Below are positions 1-8,890 of a stretch of 20,000 nt of DNA, in pieces. Position numbers and translations under genes: made by a program. Under the pieces are notes generated by a model, which was not told the origin of the DNA, did no database searches, and saw nothing but the letters and a program-made list of their open reading frames with translations. The stretch is taken from IMG/VR virus record IMGVR_UViG_3300046170_000428, one strand, 5' to 3'. The DNA is from an uncultured virus (IMG/VR IMGVR_UViG_3300046170_000428) (taxonomy: Duplodnaviria > Heunggongvirae > Uroviricota > Caudoviricetes). Positions within the stretch are counted from its first letter, which is position 1, and every line of letters starts with the position of its first letter.

Positions 1-2
1 AA

Positions 3-143
3 GGAGAAGGTTGGCAATTACAGTTTGAAAATTGTTTACCATTTTTAGTAAAACCAGGAATGAAATTTGAAATAATTAAAGATGAATATCATAGATTACT
101 TAAAGGCGCAACAGATCTTAAAATAAAGATTGAAAAGCAATGA
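3..143 (+). CDS. 3' end of a conserved T4-like phage hypothetical protein (partial)
   Basis: Frame open from window start: GEGWQLQFENCLPFLVKPGMKFEIIKDEYHRLLKGATDLKIKIEKQ*. The TGA at 141-143 overlaps the next ATG (ATGA coupling). Confidence 0.75.
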   Translation, partial: GEGWQLQFENCLPFLVKPGMKFEIIKDEYHRLLKGATDLKIKIEKQ

Positions 144-442
144 AAACAAAATCAGGAAAAGATGTGATGCCAAACACACAACAAAGACTCGATAGAATCG
201 AGGAAAAAATTGATAAACTATCTGAAGCTATTGTGTCTTTGGCTCGAGCTGAAGAAAGAATAAATTCAATTGCAGATATGCACACGCATCAAACTGAAAG
301 ATTAAATAGATTATCTAATAAAATAGATGATATTGCGGCTCAAACCGCAGATAATGCTAGAACGGTCCAACTTATCAACAAACTGTTCTGGGTAGTAATA
401 GCGGCCGCAACCGCGGCAATTGCTAGTAACATCTGGATGTAG
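140..442 (+). CDS. Hypothetical coiled-coil protein with C-terminal transmembrane helix
   Basis: Heptad-like RLDRIEEKIDKLSEAIVSLARAEERI, then hydrophobic tail LFWVVIAAATAAIAS. The true start may be the ATG at 167, which follows AGGAAAA. Confidence 0.7.
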   Translation: MKTKSGKDVMPNTQQRLDRIEEKIDKLSEAIVSLARAEERINSIADMHTHQTERLNRLSNKIDDIAAQTADNARTVQLINKLFWVVIAAATAAIASNIWM

Positions 443-453
443 GAGTAAAACAG

Positions 454-1272
454 ATGAAAAATATGATAAATGGTGTTCGGGCCGCACTAGAACAAATGGC
501 CGAAGCTAAAACAGCCGAAGGCAATAAATTCACAAAAGAATTAATGGCCGCAAGAAAGAATGGTGATGCTACTTTTACTGTTGCTGGTAAAGAATATAAA
601 GTAGAAGATTTTAAGCATCTTAAAATGGCTCAAAATGTTGCAGAAGCAGAAGTAAAATATCCGCATATGATGTATGATCCAAAAACTGGTAAAGGGGTAG
701 AAGCTAAAACTCCTGAAGATCATGAAAAATTAGCTAAAATGGGTTATACTCATGACAAGCCAAAAAATGATAATGACGACGATGATGATGATAACGAGGT
801 AGATGAAGCAAAACTTGATCCTGTCGGTAAAGCTGATGCTGATATCGATAATGATGGTGATGTTGATGCTTCAGATAAGTATCTTAAAAATAGACGTAAG
901 GCAATAGGTAAAGCTATGAAAAAAGAATCAACAGTTCGTGAAAGATTAACATCTATCTGGGAAGATGCTGCTGGTGCTAAACGCACTATGGGTGCAACTG
1001 ATCCAGAGCCAATGCCAAAAGATGATGAGCGTAGCGCAAAGAAAATGAAAGCAGGTCATCCAGTTGCTAGACCAAACCAAGGTTTTGGTGATGACAACTC
1101 TGATGATATGGAAAAAGCAACTAAGCCTTCACCTACACGTACTGGTGATAAACCACAAGGTGATAAGGCTGCTATAAAATCTGCAACTCCTGATCATCCA
1201 GCAAATAAAACTACAAAAGAGCAATTTGATGCACTTGCTAAAGCTTGGGAAGAGGTAAAAAATGGCAATTAA
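454..1272 (+). CDS. Putative virion internal/head-associated protein; charged and modular, with DxDxDG Ca-binding-like loop
   Basis: RBS AGGAG at 441-445. Contains the motif LDPVGKADADIDNDGDVDASDKYLKNRRKAI and an Asp tract. Several x-x-E|A/G/S sites resemble T4 gp21 cleavage sites. Confidence 0.6.
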   Translation: MKNMINGVRAALEQMAEAKTAEGNKFTKELMAARKNGDATFTVAGKEYKVEDFKHLKMAQNVAEAEVKYPHMMYDPKTGKGVEAKTPEDHEKLAKMGYTHDKPKNDNDDDDDDNEVDEAKLDPVGKADADIDNDGDVDASDKYLKNRRKAIGKAMKKESTVRERLTSIWEDAAGAKRTMGATDPEPMPKDDERSAKKMKAGHPVARPNQGFGDDNSDDMEKATKPSPTRTGDKPQGDKAAIKSATPDHPANKTTKEQFDALAKAWEEVKNGN

Positions 1273-1549
1273 GAGAATCGGCGGAGTAGCTGGTCCAAGT
1301 GGATCCATTCCAACAGCAAAGGGTTGGGTCCATCCAAGAACTGGTGAACTTCTTAAATCACAGCGTATTACTCAAGAACAACTTGATGAGTATAACGGAG
1401 TACAATTATTAGTAGAACCTACAATTGTAGAAGTTGCTACTCCTGAAATCAAGGTTGAGGAAGAAGTTGAAGAGATTATAGAAGCTCCAGCTCCAAAACC
1501 AAAGAAAAAAACAAGGGCAAAAAAGAAAAAGTTTGGATTACTCGGTTAA
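1262..1549 (+). CDS. Hypothetical phage protein (GWVHPRTGELL motif, acidic middle, basic tail)
   Basis: GAGG RBS upstream; overlaps previous stop; 95-aa ORF. Confidence 0.7.
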   Translation: MAIKRIGGVAGPSGSIPTAKGWVHPRTGELLKSQRITQEQLDEYNGVQLLVEPTIVEVATPEIKVEEEVEEIIEAPAPKPKKKTRAKKKKFGLLG

Positions 1550-1567
1550 TATCTGATATATAATTTT

Positions 1568-1936
1568 ATGATGATATTTAATGAATTAACCGAAGAAAAT
1601 TTGTTGTTATATGCAGCAAAAGCATATTACAAACCAAACTTTTCTGACATAGAAGAGTTCCATGAGGACTTAAAGCGTTTTAAATATATTAAGAGATTGG
1701 TAAATCGATATCTTGAGCATGAAGAATTATCTGAAAGATTAATATTAAATCATTTAATCGTAATTTTTAATTCTTTTGGTATCGAACCATCTCTTAAGAT
1801 TTTAAAACTAAAATTAGAAGATAGGCATTGGCCGGTTGTAAAACCATTTTTGATATACTTAAAATATATTAAAGATGATGATATTACTGGTCCTTTAATG
1901 GATCCAACGGTTGTAGATAGGCTAAGACAAATATGA
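1568..1936 (+). CDS. Conserved T4-like phage hypothetical protein
   Basis: Motif EEFHEDLKRFKYIKRL...ERLILNHLIVIFNSFG, recognised as typical of marine T4-like myoviruses; ATGA overlap with next gene. Confidence 0.75.
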   Translation: MMIFNELTEENLLLYAAKAYYKPNFSDIEEFHEDLKRFKYIKRLVNRYLEHEELSERLILNHLIVIFNSFGIEPSLKILKLKLEDRHWPVVKPFLIYLKYIKDDDITGPLMDPTVVDRLRQI

Positions 1937-2517
1937 GTATTCTAAAACGTGGCGCAGATATGATCTATACCTTCCGATTTATTCGGATGCTTGTATTAGA
2001 TTGGAAAAGCTGGGATGCATATAAAGAAGGCCTTATTGATGAAAAAGGCAAAAGGATTAAATCTCAGCCTATGGAGACAGCTGCTCAAAAGGCAGCATAT
2101 ACTCCTTTTATTCGTCTTTGTGCTAATGTCAAAAGATTACTTTCTAAAATTCCACTTGTAGGAACAGCATTGGGATCCTTTGCTGCAGCGTTATTTCTTA
2201 TCAAAGAAAAATATAATTTAGATGATAAAAATCTTGCAAAAATTATGGAAGAGTTTGGATTTAAACCTGAAGACTTTTTAGCAGAAAATAACCAATGGTT
2301 TATGCTAGAAGATGGAACGATTGCTCCAGGTATATATCGCATTAAATCCGCAAAAGTTTGTAATCGTACTTTGGATGAAATTATATTACCTAAAGATCAA
2401 ATAAAAGTAAATAATGGTTCACCAATAGGTGATGTTTTTGGAATAAATGTTTACGAAGCGACCCACGTGCGAACTGGGCAACAATGCTATATATCTACAA
2501 GCGAGATTTATAAATGA
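1933..2517 (+). CDS. Conserved T4-like phage hypothetical protein
   Basis: Motif DMIYTFRFIRMLV...AYKEGLIDEKG...AYTPFIRL...AAALFLIKE; translationally coupled to the upstream gene. Confidence 0.75.
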   Translation: MSILKRGADMIYTFRFIRMLVLDWKSWDAYKEGLIDEKGKRIKSQPMETAAQKAAYTPFIRLCANVKRLLSKIPLVGTALGSFAAALFLIKEKYNLDDKNLAKIMEEFGFKPEDFLAENNQWFMLEDGTIAPGIYRIKSAKVCNRTLDEIILPKDQIKVNNGSPIGDVFGINVYEATHVRTGQQCYISTSEIYK

Positions 2518-2554
2518 GCCGCGTGGGACGAGTTTTAAAGAAAGGTCATGTAAT

Positions 2555-2725
2555 ATGAAAAGGAAACAAACAGAAGAAATAACAACTACTGCAAATATTC
2601 CAAACCCAGCTACTACGGCTATGGGACCTCAAGCATTTCATGACAAAAGACGTAAAAAAGAAAAGTCAATAATGCTAAAGAGATTTAGAGAATATTTCAA
2701 ATCACGTGGTGTAGACATTGATTAG
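2555..2725 (+). CDS. Small hypothetical protein (56 aa)
   Basis: The ATG at 2555, after AAAGG, is more plausible than the ORF-track start at 2447. Sequence MKRKQTEEITTTANIPNPATTAMGP...; the stop overlaps the next start. Confidence 0.6.
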   Translation: MKRKQTEEITTTANIPNPATTAMGPQAFHDKRRKKEKSIMLKRFREYFKSRGVDID

Positions 2726-3224
2726 AATATACGCTTTAATATTTGTTATTGCAATTCTTGGCGGTATAGGCTATGGAGCAAAATATTATTATGATACAAC
2801 TCAAGCAACTATTGCCACTCTTCGTGAAAATAATGTTAAACTAGAATCTGCGGTAGAAACTGCAGAACAATCAGTTGCAACATTAAAAGGAGATTTAGTT
2901 AAGCTTGGTAATCTTAACAAAGAATTAAGTGTTTCATTACAAAAGGCAGAAGCTTATGGTGATGAACTCAGAACTAAATTAAGTAAATTAAATCTTGTTG
3001 TTGAGGCTTTACAAGACTCAAAACAATTAGAAGGAAAGATGAATGGTGCATCAGCAAAACTATGGCGCGGTCTCATGGAAGAGTCTGGCGGTGATGGCAA
3101 GCGTCCTAATCCTAAGTGGTTGCAGCGGGTTCCGGATGCCGGAACCGGAAATCAAAGTAGTGACCAAAGTGGAGAAGGTGCAAATACCGACAGTAGCAAG
3201 GCCAAAACCACTTCAACTCAGTGA
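2718..3224 (+). CDS. Putative inner-membrane spanin (i-spanin, Rz-like)
   Basis: TTG start, single N-terminal TM helix (IYALIFVIAILGGIGYG), long coiled coil, and 3' end overlapping a lipoprotein gene. Confidence 0.7.
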   Translation: MIRIYALIFVIAILGGIGYGAKYYYDTTQATIATLRENNVKLESAVETAEQSVATLKGDLVKLGNLNKELSVSLQKAEAYGDELRTKLSKLNLVVEALQDSKQLEGKMNGASAKLWRGLMEESGGDGKRPNPKWLQRVPDAGTGNQSSDQSGEGANTDSSKAKTTSTQ

Positions 3225-3435
3225 TACTCGAGTCTTTGTAGTTACAAAAGATAATTTTGAAGCTTTTGAAAAAGAGTTTACTGAATTATATGGTGATTTA
3301 GCTTTTGTTGCTTTGAGTATGAGAGACTATGAAAACTTAGCACTTAATATTTCAGATTTACGTAGATTTTTAAACCAACAAAATGAAATTATAGTATATT
3401 ATGAAAAAGCAGTTACAGATACAGAGGAGAAGTAG
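3043..3435 (+). CDS. Putative outer-membrane lipoprotein spanin (o-spanin, Rz1-like)
   Basis: Lipobox VLILSG|C followed by a Pro-containing linker; starts inside the i-spanin gene in another frame. Alternative start at ATG 3094. Confidence 0.7.
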   Translation: MVHQQNYGAVSWKSLAVMASVLILSGCSGFRMPEPEIKVVTKVEKVQIPTVARPKPLQLSDTRVFVVTKDNFEAFEKEFTELYGDLAFVALSMRDYENLALNISDLRRFLNQQNEIIVYYEKAVTDTEEK

Positions 3436-3437
3436 CA

Positions 3438-4034
3438 ATGGATTTCATAATCGAACAACTTATTACATGGTGGCAATTCACCGTGGTGGGAATACTTATT
3501 ATAATTGGTTTTATTATTAATTTTTTTGGAGTAGATCAAGATGAAGATCTTATCGGATTTAAATATAATGTCATGCCAAAATTAAGACCCATAGCAATAC
3601 CTACAGCAGGTAAAGGTTTTTGGGGTGCAATATGGATGTGGCTAACAGGTACACGCCATTGGGAAATTGCAGATGATTGGGCCTTTTCAATTGAAGGTAA
3701 AGATTATGTTATTCCTCAAGGATTTACATTTGATGGCGCATCTATTCCAAAATTTCTACATACATGGTTATCACCAACTGGCGTATTATTAATGGGTGGA
3801 TTAGTGCATGACTATGCATATAAGTATGAAAGATTACTAAAATCAGGACAAAAAGAAGCTTCAGATAAAATGACTCAAAAAGAAGCAGATATAATTTTTA
3901 GAGATATAAACATTGAACAGAATGGATTTCATTTCCTTAACTATTTAGCATATTGGGCATTAAGAATTGGTGGATTTGTAGCATGGAATGGACATCGTAA
4001 AGTTAATGCTAAAATAGAAGGAATAAACGAATGA
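3438..4034 (+). CDS. DUF1353-like protein with N-terminal transmembrane anchor
   Basis: RBS GAGGAG; motifs IPQGFTFDGASIP, GLVHDYAY, QKEADIIF, LRIGG; N-terminal TM helix. Confidence 0.75.
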   Translation: MDFIIEQLITWWQFTVVGILIIIGFIINFFGVDQDEDLIGFKYNVMPKLRPIAIPTAGKGFWGAIWMWLTGTRHWEIADDWAFSIEGKDYVIPQGFTFDGASIPKFLHTWLSPTGVLLMGGLVHDYAYKYERLLKSGQKEASDKMTQKEADIIFRDINIEQNGFHFLNYLAYWALRIGGFVAWNGHRKVNAKIEGINE

Positions 4035-4231
4035 TAGAAGCATTTATAATAAGTTTTATTGCATCATTTATGGTAGATAATATTGAATTTTTAAATATTA
4101 AAAAACAACAGGAAGAAGCTGGATATGTATGGGTTTATAAGCCCAAAGCTAGAGATCCTAATTTACCTGCAGCATTTCCTATTAAAAAACCAGATGGTTC
4201 AGAAAGAGTATTATGGGTTCTTGAAAAATAA
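4031..4231 (+). CDS. Small hypothetical protein with hydrophobic N-terminus
   Basis: ATGA and TAATG coupling on both sides; AAGGA upstream. Confidence 0.6.
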   Translation: MIEAFIISFIASFMVDNIEFLNIKKQQEEAGYVWVYKPKARDPNLPAAFPIKKPDGSERVLWVLEK

Positions 4232-5397
4232 TGTTGCCACCTATTCCGGGTACGACATTTAATTGTTCAGCTAAGCACGGATATCTTTGTATTAAACCCA
4301 TGGGTAATGTATTGCCATGTTGCCGATGGAAAGACTTTGAACCTCCATTAGATATGTTCGAGACTTTTGAAGATATTTTAGATTATTATCAAAGGATTAT
4401 TCATACTCCAAGTAAAGTTTGGCCACAGGGTTGTTCCTCATGTCATCGTGATGCTTCTAGTTCTACATGGAGTATGATGAACACTATAAACAAAACGATT
4501 GAACGAAGTGGTAACACTATTCAGTATTTAGAAATCGGTTTTGATAATGTTTGTAATATGAACTGTGTTATGTGTAGTCCTCAATATAGCAGTCGATGGG
4601 ATAAGATTGTTAAAGATAATAAAGAATTTTTAAGTAAATATAATTTAAAAGAATATAATAGTCCACCTTCAATATATGATAATATTATGCGTTTACTAGA
4701 AAGTAGCGATTTATCGCGACTTAATACAATTAGAATTATGGGTGGCGAACCCATGTATAGTAAAGCTTCATTAAAATTTTTAGAATGGTTTATGGACAAA
4801 GATGTAAGTAATATTGAATTAATGTTTAATACTAATGCTACAGTATTTCCTACGAAATTCGTAGACTTATTTAAAAGATTTAAATGCGTCATTCCAAAAA
4901 CTTCGATTGATAGTGTTTATGAAATCGCCGAATGGGGAAGAAATAGTCCCATACCTTTTAAAAAAATTGAAGAAGTGGTTGGTTCGTGGAATGAATATGC
5001 AAGACAAAATAATAATGTTAAATTAACATGCTTTAGTACAATTACTTTAGCAAATATAGAACATCTTGGTGCTTTGTCAGAATGGTTAAATAATTATGAT
5101 CAATATGTAATTAGACAAATAGGACTTGTTCACGCGAATAATTACATAACACCTTTAGCACTTTCAAGAAAAAACAGACAGCTATTATGGCAAGAACAAT
5201 ATACTCGTTATGATGATATGAAGCTATTTGTAAATTATGAAACATTTTTAAATGCACATCAACTAGAAGGTTATCCAGTAAAAAATATTATTGATTATAT
5301 TGAATGGTGGGATACATTAAATAATAATAAATTTAAAGATCTATCACCAAAAGTATGGAAAGCGATAAATAATCTTTATAAAAAGGAGAACAAATAA
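4231..5397 (+). CDS. Radical SAM protein with N-terminal SPASM/twitch-like Fe-S domain
   Basis: CxxxCxxC motif (CNMNCVMC), GGEP, FNTNAT and SID motifs. N-terminal C...GNVLPCC...CSSC precedes the rSAM core. Confidence 0.85.
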   Translation: MLPPIPGTTFNCSAKHGYLCIKPMGNVLPCCRWKDFEPPLDMFETFEDILDYYQRIIHTPSKVWPQGCSSCHRDASSSTWSMMNTINKTIERSGNTIQYLEIGFDNVCNMNCVMCSPQYSSRWDKIVKDNKEFLSKYNLKEYNSPPSIYDNIMRLLESSDLSRLNTIRIMGGEPMYSKASLKFLEWFMDKDVSNIELMFNTNATVFPTKFVDLFKRFKCVIPKTSIDSVYEIAEWGRNSPIPFKKIEEVVGSWNEYARQNNNVKLTCFSTITLANIEHLGALSEWLNNYDQYVIRQIGLVHANNYITPLALSRKNRQLLWQEQYTRYDDMKLFVNYETFLNAHQLEGYPVKNIIDYIEWWDTLNNNKFKDLSPKVWKAINNLYKKENK

Positions 5398-5831
5398 TGT
5401 ACGAATACGGAGTTGTTGTTACAAAAGTTATTGATGGTGATACTGTTGACATAGATATTGATTTAGGATTTGGCGTTTGGTTAAAAGGTGAAAGAGTTAG
5501 ATTGCATGGTGTAGACACACCTGAATCTCGTACTCGAGATCTTGAAGAAAAGAAATATGGATTAGCCGCAAAAGAATATGTAGAAGAATATTTAAATGCA
5601 GAAGTTATTCTCGGAATATCTCCAGCTAAAGCTATTTTAAGAACAAAACAATATGATGCAAAAGGAAAATTCGGTAGAATTTTAGGTGATTTGTATGTTG
5701 ATGGAAAACCATACACTCTTTGTGAAGGACTATTACGCAATCATCATGCAGTAGCATATCATGGACAATCAAAAGAAGATATTGAAGAAGAACATTTAAA
5801 AAATAGAGAATTAGTTAAACTTAAAGAATAA
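5397..5831 (+). CDS. Staphylococcal nuclease (thermonuclease)-like protein
   Basis: RBS AAGGAG; motifs KVIDGDTVD, RLHGVDTPES, GKFGRILG. Confidence 0.85.
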   Translation: MYEYGVVVTKVIDGDTVDIDIDLGFGVWLKGERVRLHGVDTPESRTRDLEEKKYGLAAKEYVEEYLNAEVILGISPAKAILRTKQYDAKGKFGRILGDLYVDGKPYTLCEGLLRNHHAVAYHGQSKEDIEEEHLKNRELVKLKE

Positions 5832-5883
5832 ATTAATTATTTTTTTTATTTAAAATGAAAAAAAATAAAAAATAATTTTTATA

Positions 5884-5912
5884 TGTACAAACGCATAAAA
5901 ACGATATATAAT
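5884..5912 (+). promoter_or_regulatory. Sigma70-type phage promoter P1 (TGTACA-N17-TATAAT) upstream of RNR
   Basis: TGTACA 5884-5889, 17-nt spacer, TATAAT 5907-5912; A/T tracts upstream (UP-element-like). Confidence 0.8.
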
Positions 5913-5953
5913 ACTACCAATTAATAAATTAAGCAAATATACAGGAGAGTTTA

Positions 5954-8170
5954 ATGGCAACAGGACATGTTGACACACGACAGTTTTTGTCGGAAACAAA
6001 ATTTTATGAAGGTTACTCTCGGTACATAGATGATGAAAAAAGATACGAAACTTGGAATGAAGCCGTAGACCGTGTTATCAACATGCATGCCGAAAACTAT
6101 AAAGAAAAGGGTAATGAATTAGGACCTTTTCTTGATGAAGCTAAAGAAGCTTATAAAGAAAAAAGAGTATTAGCAGCTCAAAGATCATTACAATTTGGTG
6201 GTGAACAATTGTTAAAACACCAAATGAGAATGTACAATTGTACATCATCTTATGCAGATAGAGCAGAATTTTTTGGTGAAGTATTTTATATTTTGCTTTG
6301 TGGTGCAGGTGCTGGTTTTTCAGTACAAAAACATCACGTTGCTAAAATGCCTAAGATTGCATTAAGAACTAAACAAGCAAAAGGTTATATTGTAGAAGAT
6401 TCAATCGAAGGTTGGGCTTCTGCTATCGATGTACTTATGGCCTCCTATTTTGTAGGTGGAGGTAAGTATCCAGAATTTGAAGGTCGTAGAGTATTTTTTG
6501 ATCTTACTCAAATTAGACCAAAAGGTGCAAAGATTTCTGGTGGTTTTAAAGCGCCAGGACCTGAAGGTCTACGTAGATCATTAGATAAAATTGAGCACCT
6601 ACTTCAAACAGCAGTTATTGATCAAAAAGAACCTATTCCACTTAAGCCAATTAATGTATATGATATTACTATGCATGCCGCAGATGCGGTGTTATCAGGT
6701 GGCGTAAGAAGATCAGCAACTATTTGTTTGTTTTCTCCAGACGATGAAGAAATGATGAATGCAAAAACCGGTAATTGGTTTGTTGATAATCCACAGCGCG
6801 GAAGATCAAATAATTCAGCAGTTATCGTTCGTAATGAAGCCGATAAAGAACAGTTTGCCAAACTAATGGAATCTGTTAAATCATTCGGTGAACCTGGATT
6901 TGTATTCGTAGAATCGACTGAACATACAACGAATCCTTGTGTCGAAATTGGTATGTTTCCACAGATTGATGGTAAGTCAGGTTGGCAAGGTTGTAACCTA
7001 ACTGAAATCAATGGTGGTATGTGTAAGACAGAAGAAGACTTTTATAAAGCATGTCGTGCAGGTGCTATTCTTGGTACAATCCAAGCTGGTTATACTGATT
7101 TCAAATTTTTAGGTCCAACATCTAAACAAATTTTTGATCGTGAAGCACTACTTGGTGTGTCTATCACTGGATGGATGAATCAACCTGACATTCTTTTTAA
7201 TCCAAAAGTCCTAGAAAAAGGAGCAAAGATTGTCAAAGAAGTCAACAAAGAAGTCGCTGCGATTTTGGGGATTAACCCTGCTGCTCGGACTACCTGTGTT
7301 AAACCTTCTGGTAACGCCTCTGTATTACTCCAAACAGCTAGCGGTATTCATGCTGAACATTCCCCAACATATATTCGAAATGTTCAAATGAATAAAGAAT
7401 CTGAAATCACTCAAGCAATTATGAAATCAAATCCATACATGGTTGAAGAGTCTGTATGGTCAGCATCTGGAACAGATGTTGTTGTGTCTTTCCCAATCAT
7501 TCCTCATAAGGGATCTTTAATGAAAGATGAATTGCTTGGTGTATCACATTTAGAAAAAGTAAAATTAGCTCAGAAACATTGGGTTGTTGCTGGTACAAAC
7601 GAAGAACTTTGTGCAGATGAAGGTATTCGTCATAATGTGTCAAATACAATTATTGTCGATGACTGGGCTGAAGTTGAAAAATACGTATTCAAGAATAGAC
7701 ATTCCTTTTCAGGTATTTCGTTCTTATCAATGAGCGGAGATAAAGATTATAATCAAGCTCCAAATACAGCAGTTGTAAATGCTAAACAAATGGTAAAACT
7801 ATATGACGAGGCCGCTATTTTTGCATCTGGTCTTGTTGTTGATGCACTCAAAGTTTATAATAATTTGTGGGATGCTTGTTCAACCGCTCAAGGATATGGT
7901 ATAGATATTTCGGTAGAAAGTTCTGAAAATTCAGCACGTAAAGATTGGAATCGTAGGTTTCAAAACTTTGCAGATAACTATTTAAAAGGTGATGTTAAAA
8001 AGGCCGAACATTGTTTAAAGGATTCCTATATATTACATAAATGGAATAAGATCCAGGCTAATTTAAAACCAATTGAATGGAATACTGGATTGACAGCTAA
8101 AAAATATACAGATGTAGATACTTTAGCCGCAGCCGCTTGTGCTGGTGGAGCATGTGAAATTGACTTCTAA
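5954..8170 (+). CDS. nrdJ: Class II (adenosylcobalamin-dependent) ribonucleotide reductase, monomeric RTPR type
   Basis: RBS AGGAG. Motifs YNC, GAGFSVQ, GGVRRSA, catalytic TNPCVE, CNLTE, TTCVKPSG and C-terminal redox pair CAGGAC. No beta-subunit gene adjacent. Confidence 0.85.
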   Translation: MATGHVDTRQFLSETKFYEGYSRYIDDEKRYETWNEAVDRVINMHAENYKEKGNELGPFLDEAKEAYKEKRVLAAQRSLQFGGEQLLKHQMRMYNCTSSYADRAEFFGEVFYILLCGAGAGFSVQKHHVAKMPKIALRTKQAKGYIVEDSIEGWASAIDVLMASYFVGGGKYPEFEGRRVFFDLTQIRPKGAKISGGFKAPGPEGLRRSLDKIEHLLQTAVIDQKEPIPLKPINVYDITMHAADAVLSGGVRRSATICLFSPDDEEMMNAKTGNWFVDNPQRGRSNNSAVIVRNEADKEQFAKLMESVKSFGEPGFVFVESTEHTTNPCVEIGMFPQIDGKSGWQGCNLTEINGGMCKTEEDFYKACRAGAILGTIQAGYTDFKFLGPTSKQIFDREALLGVSITGWMNQPDILFNPKVLEKGAKIVKEVNKEVAAILGINPAARTTCVKPSGNASVLLQTASGIHAEHSPTYIRNVQMNKESEITQAIMKSNPYMVEESVWSASGTDVVVSFPIIPHKGSLMKDELLGVSHLEKVKLAQKHWVVAGTNEELCADEGIRHNVSNTIIVDDWAEVEKYVFKNRHSFSGISFLSMSGDKDYNQAPNTAVVNAKQMVKLYDEAAIFASGLVVDALKVYNNLWDACSTAQGYGIDISVESSENSARKDWNRRFQNFADNYLKGDVKKAEHCLKDSYILHKWNKIQANLKPIEWNTGLTAKKYTDVDTLAAAACAGGACEIDF

Positions 8171-8319
8171 TGGAAGTCAAATCACCTTGCATTAAAGTAT
8201 GTACTATAAAAGATGGTATATGCGTTGGTTGTCATAGAACCGAAACTGAAATCCGTGAGTGGTTTTATGCTACTGACGAACGAAAAGAAGAAATCTTAAA
8301 AAGGATCGCTTATGAATAA
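8170..8319 (+). CDS. DUF1289-like small Cys-rich (putative Fe-S) protein, 49 aa
   Basis: Not in ORF track. MEVKSPCIKVCTIKDGICVGCHRTETEIREW... shows the SPC-xxx-C...C-x-GC-x-RT-xx-EI-xx-W pattern; TAATG coupling to nrdJ. Confidence 0.8.
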   Translation: MEVKSPCIKVCTIKDGICVGCHRTETEIREWFYATDERKEEILKRIAYE

Positions 8320-8470
8320 TTATCTAGTCGAATGTTTTGAGTGTGATGACGAAGTCGTACTTACATGTGCTTCGGATATTCCTTCATTTTGTCCGTATTG
8401 CGGAGGTACCGAGATAGGGGTTATTAAATGTGAAGAGCCTCTTAAATGGGAGTCAGATGAAGACGACTAA
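8312..8470 (+). CDS. Small zinc-ribbon/rubredoxin-like protein, 52 aa
   Basis: Not in ORF track. AAGGA RBS; MNNYLVECFEC...FCPYCGG... with two CxxC knuckles and an acidic tail. Confidence 0.7.
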   Translation: MNNYLVECFECDDEVVLTCASDIPSFCPYCGGTEIGVIKCEEPLKWESDEDD

Positions 8471-8481
8471 TATATATTTGT

Positions 8482-8886
8482 ATGTGGCTATATAATGGAC
8501 AACAATATAATGATACACCAGAAGACTATCAAGGATTTGTTTACGTCATCACAGAGTTGGATACAGGCAAGAAGTATATCGGTAAAAAGAACTTCTGGAG
8601 GCCTAAAACCTTGCCCATTACTAAAACGCGCAAGAGACGAGTACGAACGCGTGTCGAATCTGACTGGCGAAAATACTATGGTTCGAATAATATCGTCAAA
8701 CAGTTGGTGGAATCCAAAGGAGAACAAAATTATAAAAGGGAAATCCTAAAATTGTGTAAGACAAAAGGTGAGATGTCTTATTACGAAGCTAAACTTCAAT
8801 TTGAGAATGATGTTTTATTATCGGATATATATTATAATGAGTTTATCGGATGTAAAATACATTCAAAGCATATAAGGAATAAATAG
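8482..8886 (+). CDS. GIY-YIG-like nuclease domain protein
   Basis: GFVYVIT...KKYIGKK motif, ESDWRKYYGS, and conserved YYEAK and YN motifs. Confidence 0.75.
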   Translation: MWLYNGQQYNDTPEDYQGFVYVITELDTGKKYIGKKNFWRPKTLPITKTRKRRVRTRVESDWRKYYGSNNIVKQLVESKGEQNYKREILKLCKTKGEMSYYEAKLQFENDVLLSDIYYNEFIGCKIHSKHIRNK

Positions 8887-8890
8887 TATT

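Noticed and set aside
4031..4231. RiPP precursor peptide for the adjacent radical SAM enzyme
   Set aside because: There is no leader/core pattern and no RRE, peptidase or transporter; adjacency alone is insufficient.
5832..5880. Intrinsic terminator before nrdJ
   Set aside because: The imperfect inverted repeat is almost entirely A/T and too weak; it is better explained as the UP region of promoter P1.
8482..8886. Mobile homing endonuclease or intron associated with nrdJ
   Set aside because: The ORF is a short catalytic-like domain with no DNA-binding extension, and nrdJ is uninterrupted with no intein or intron signatures.
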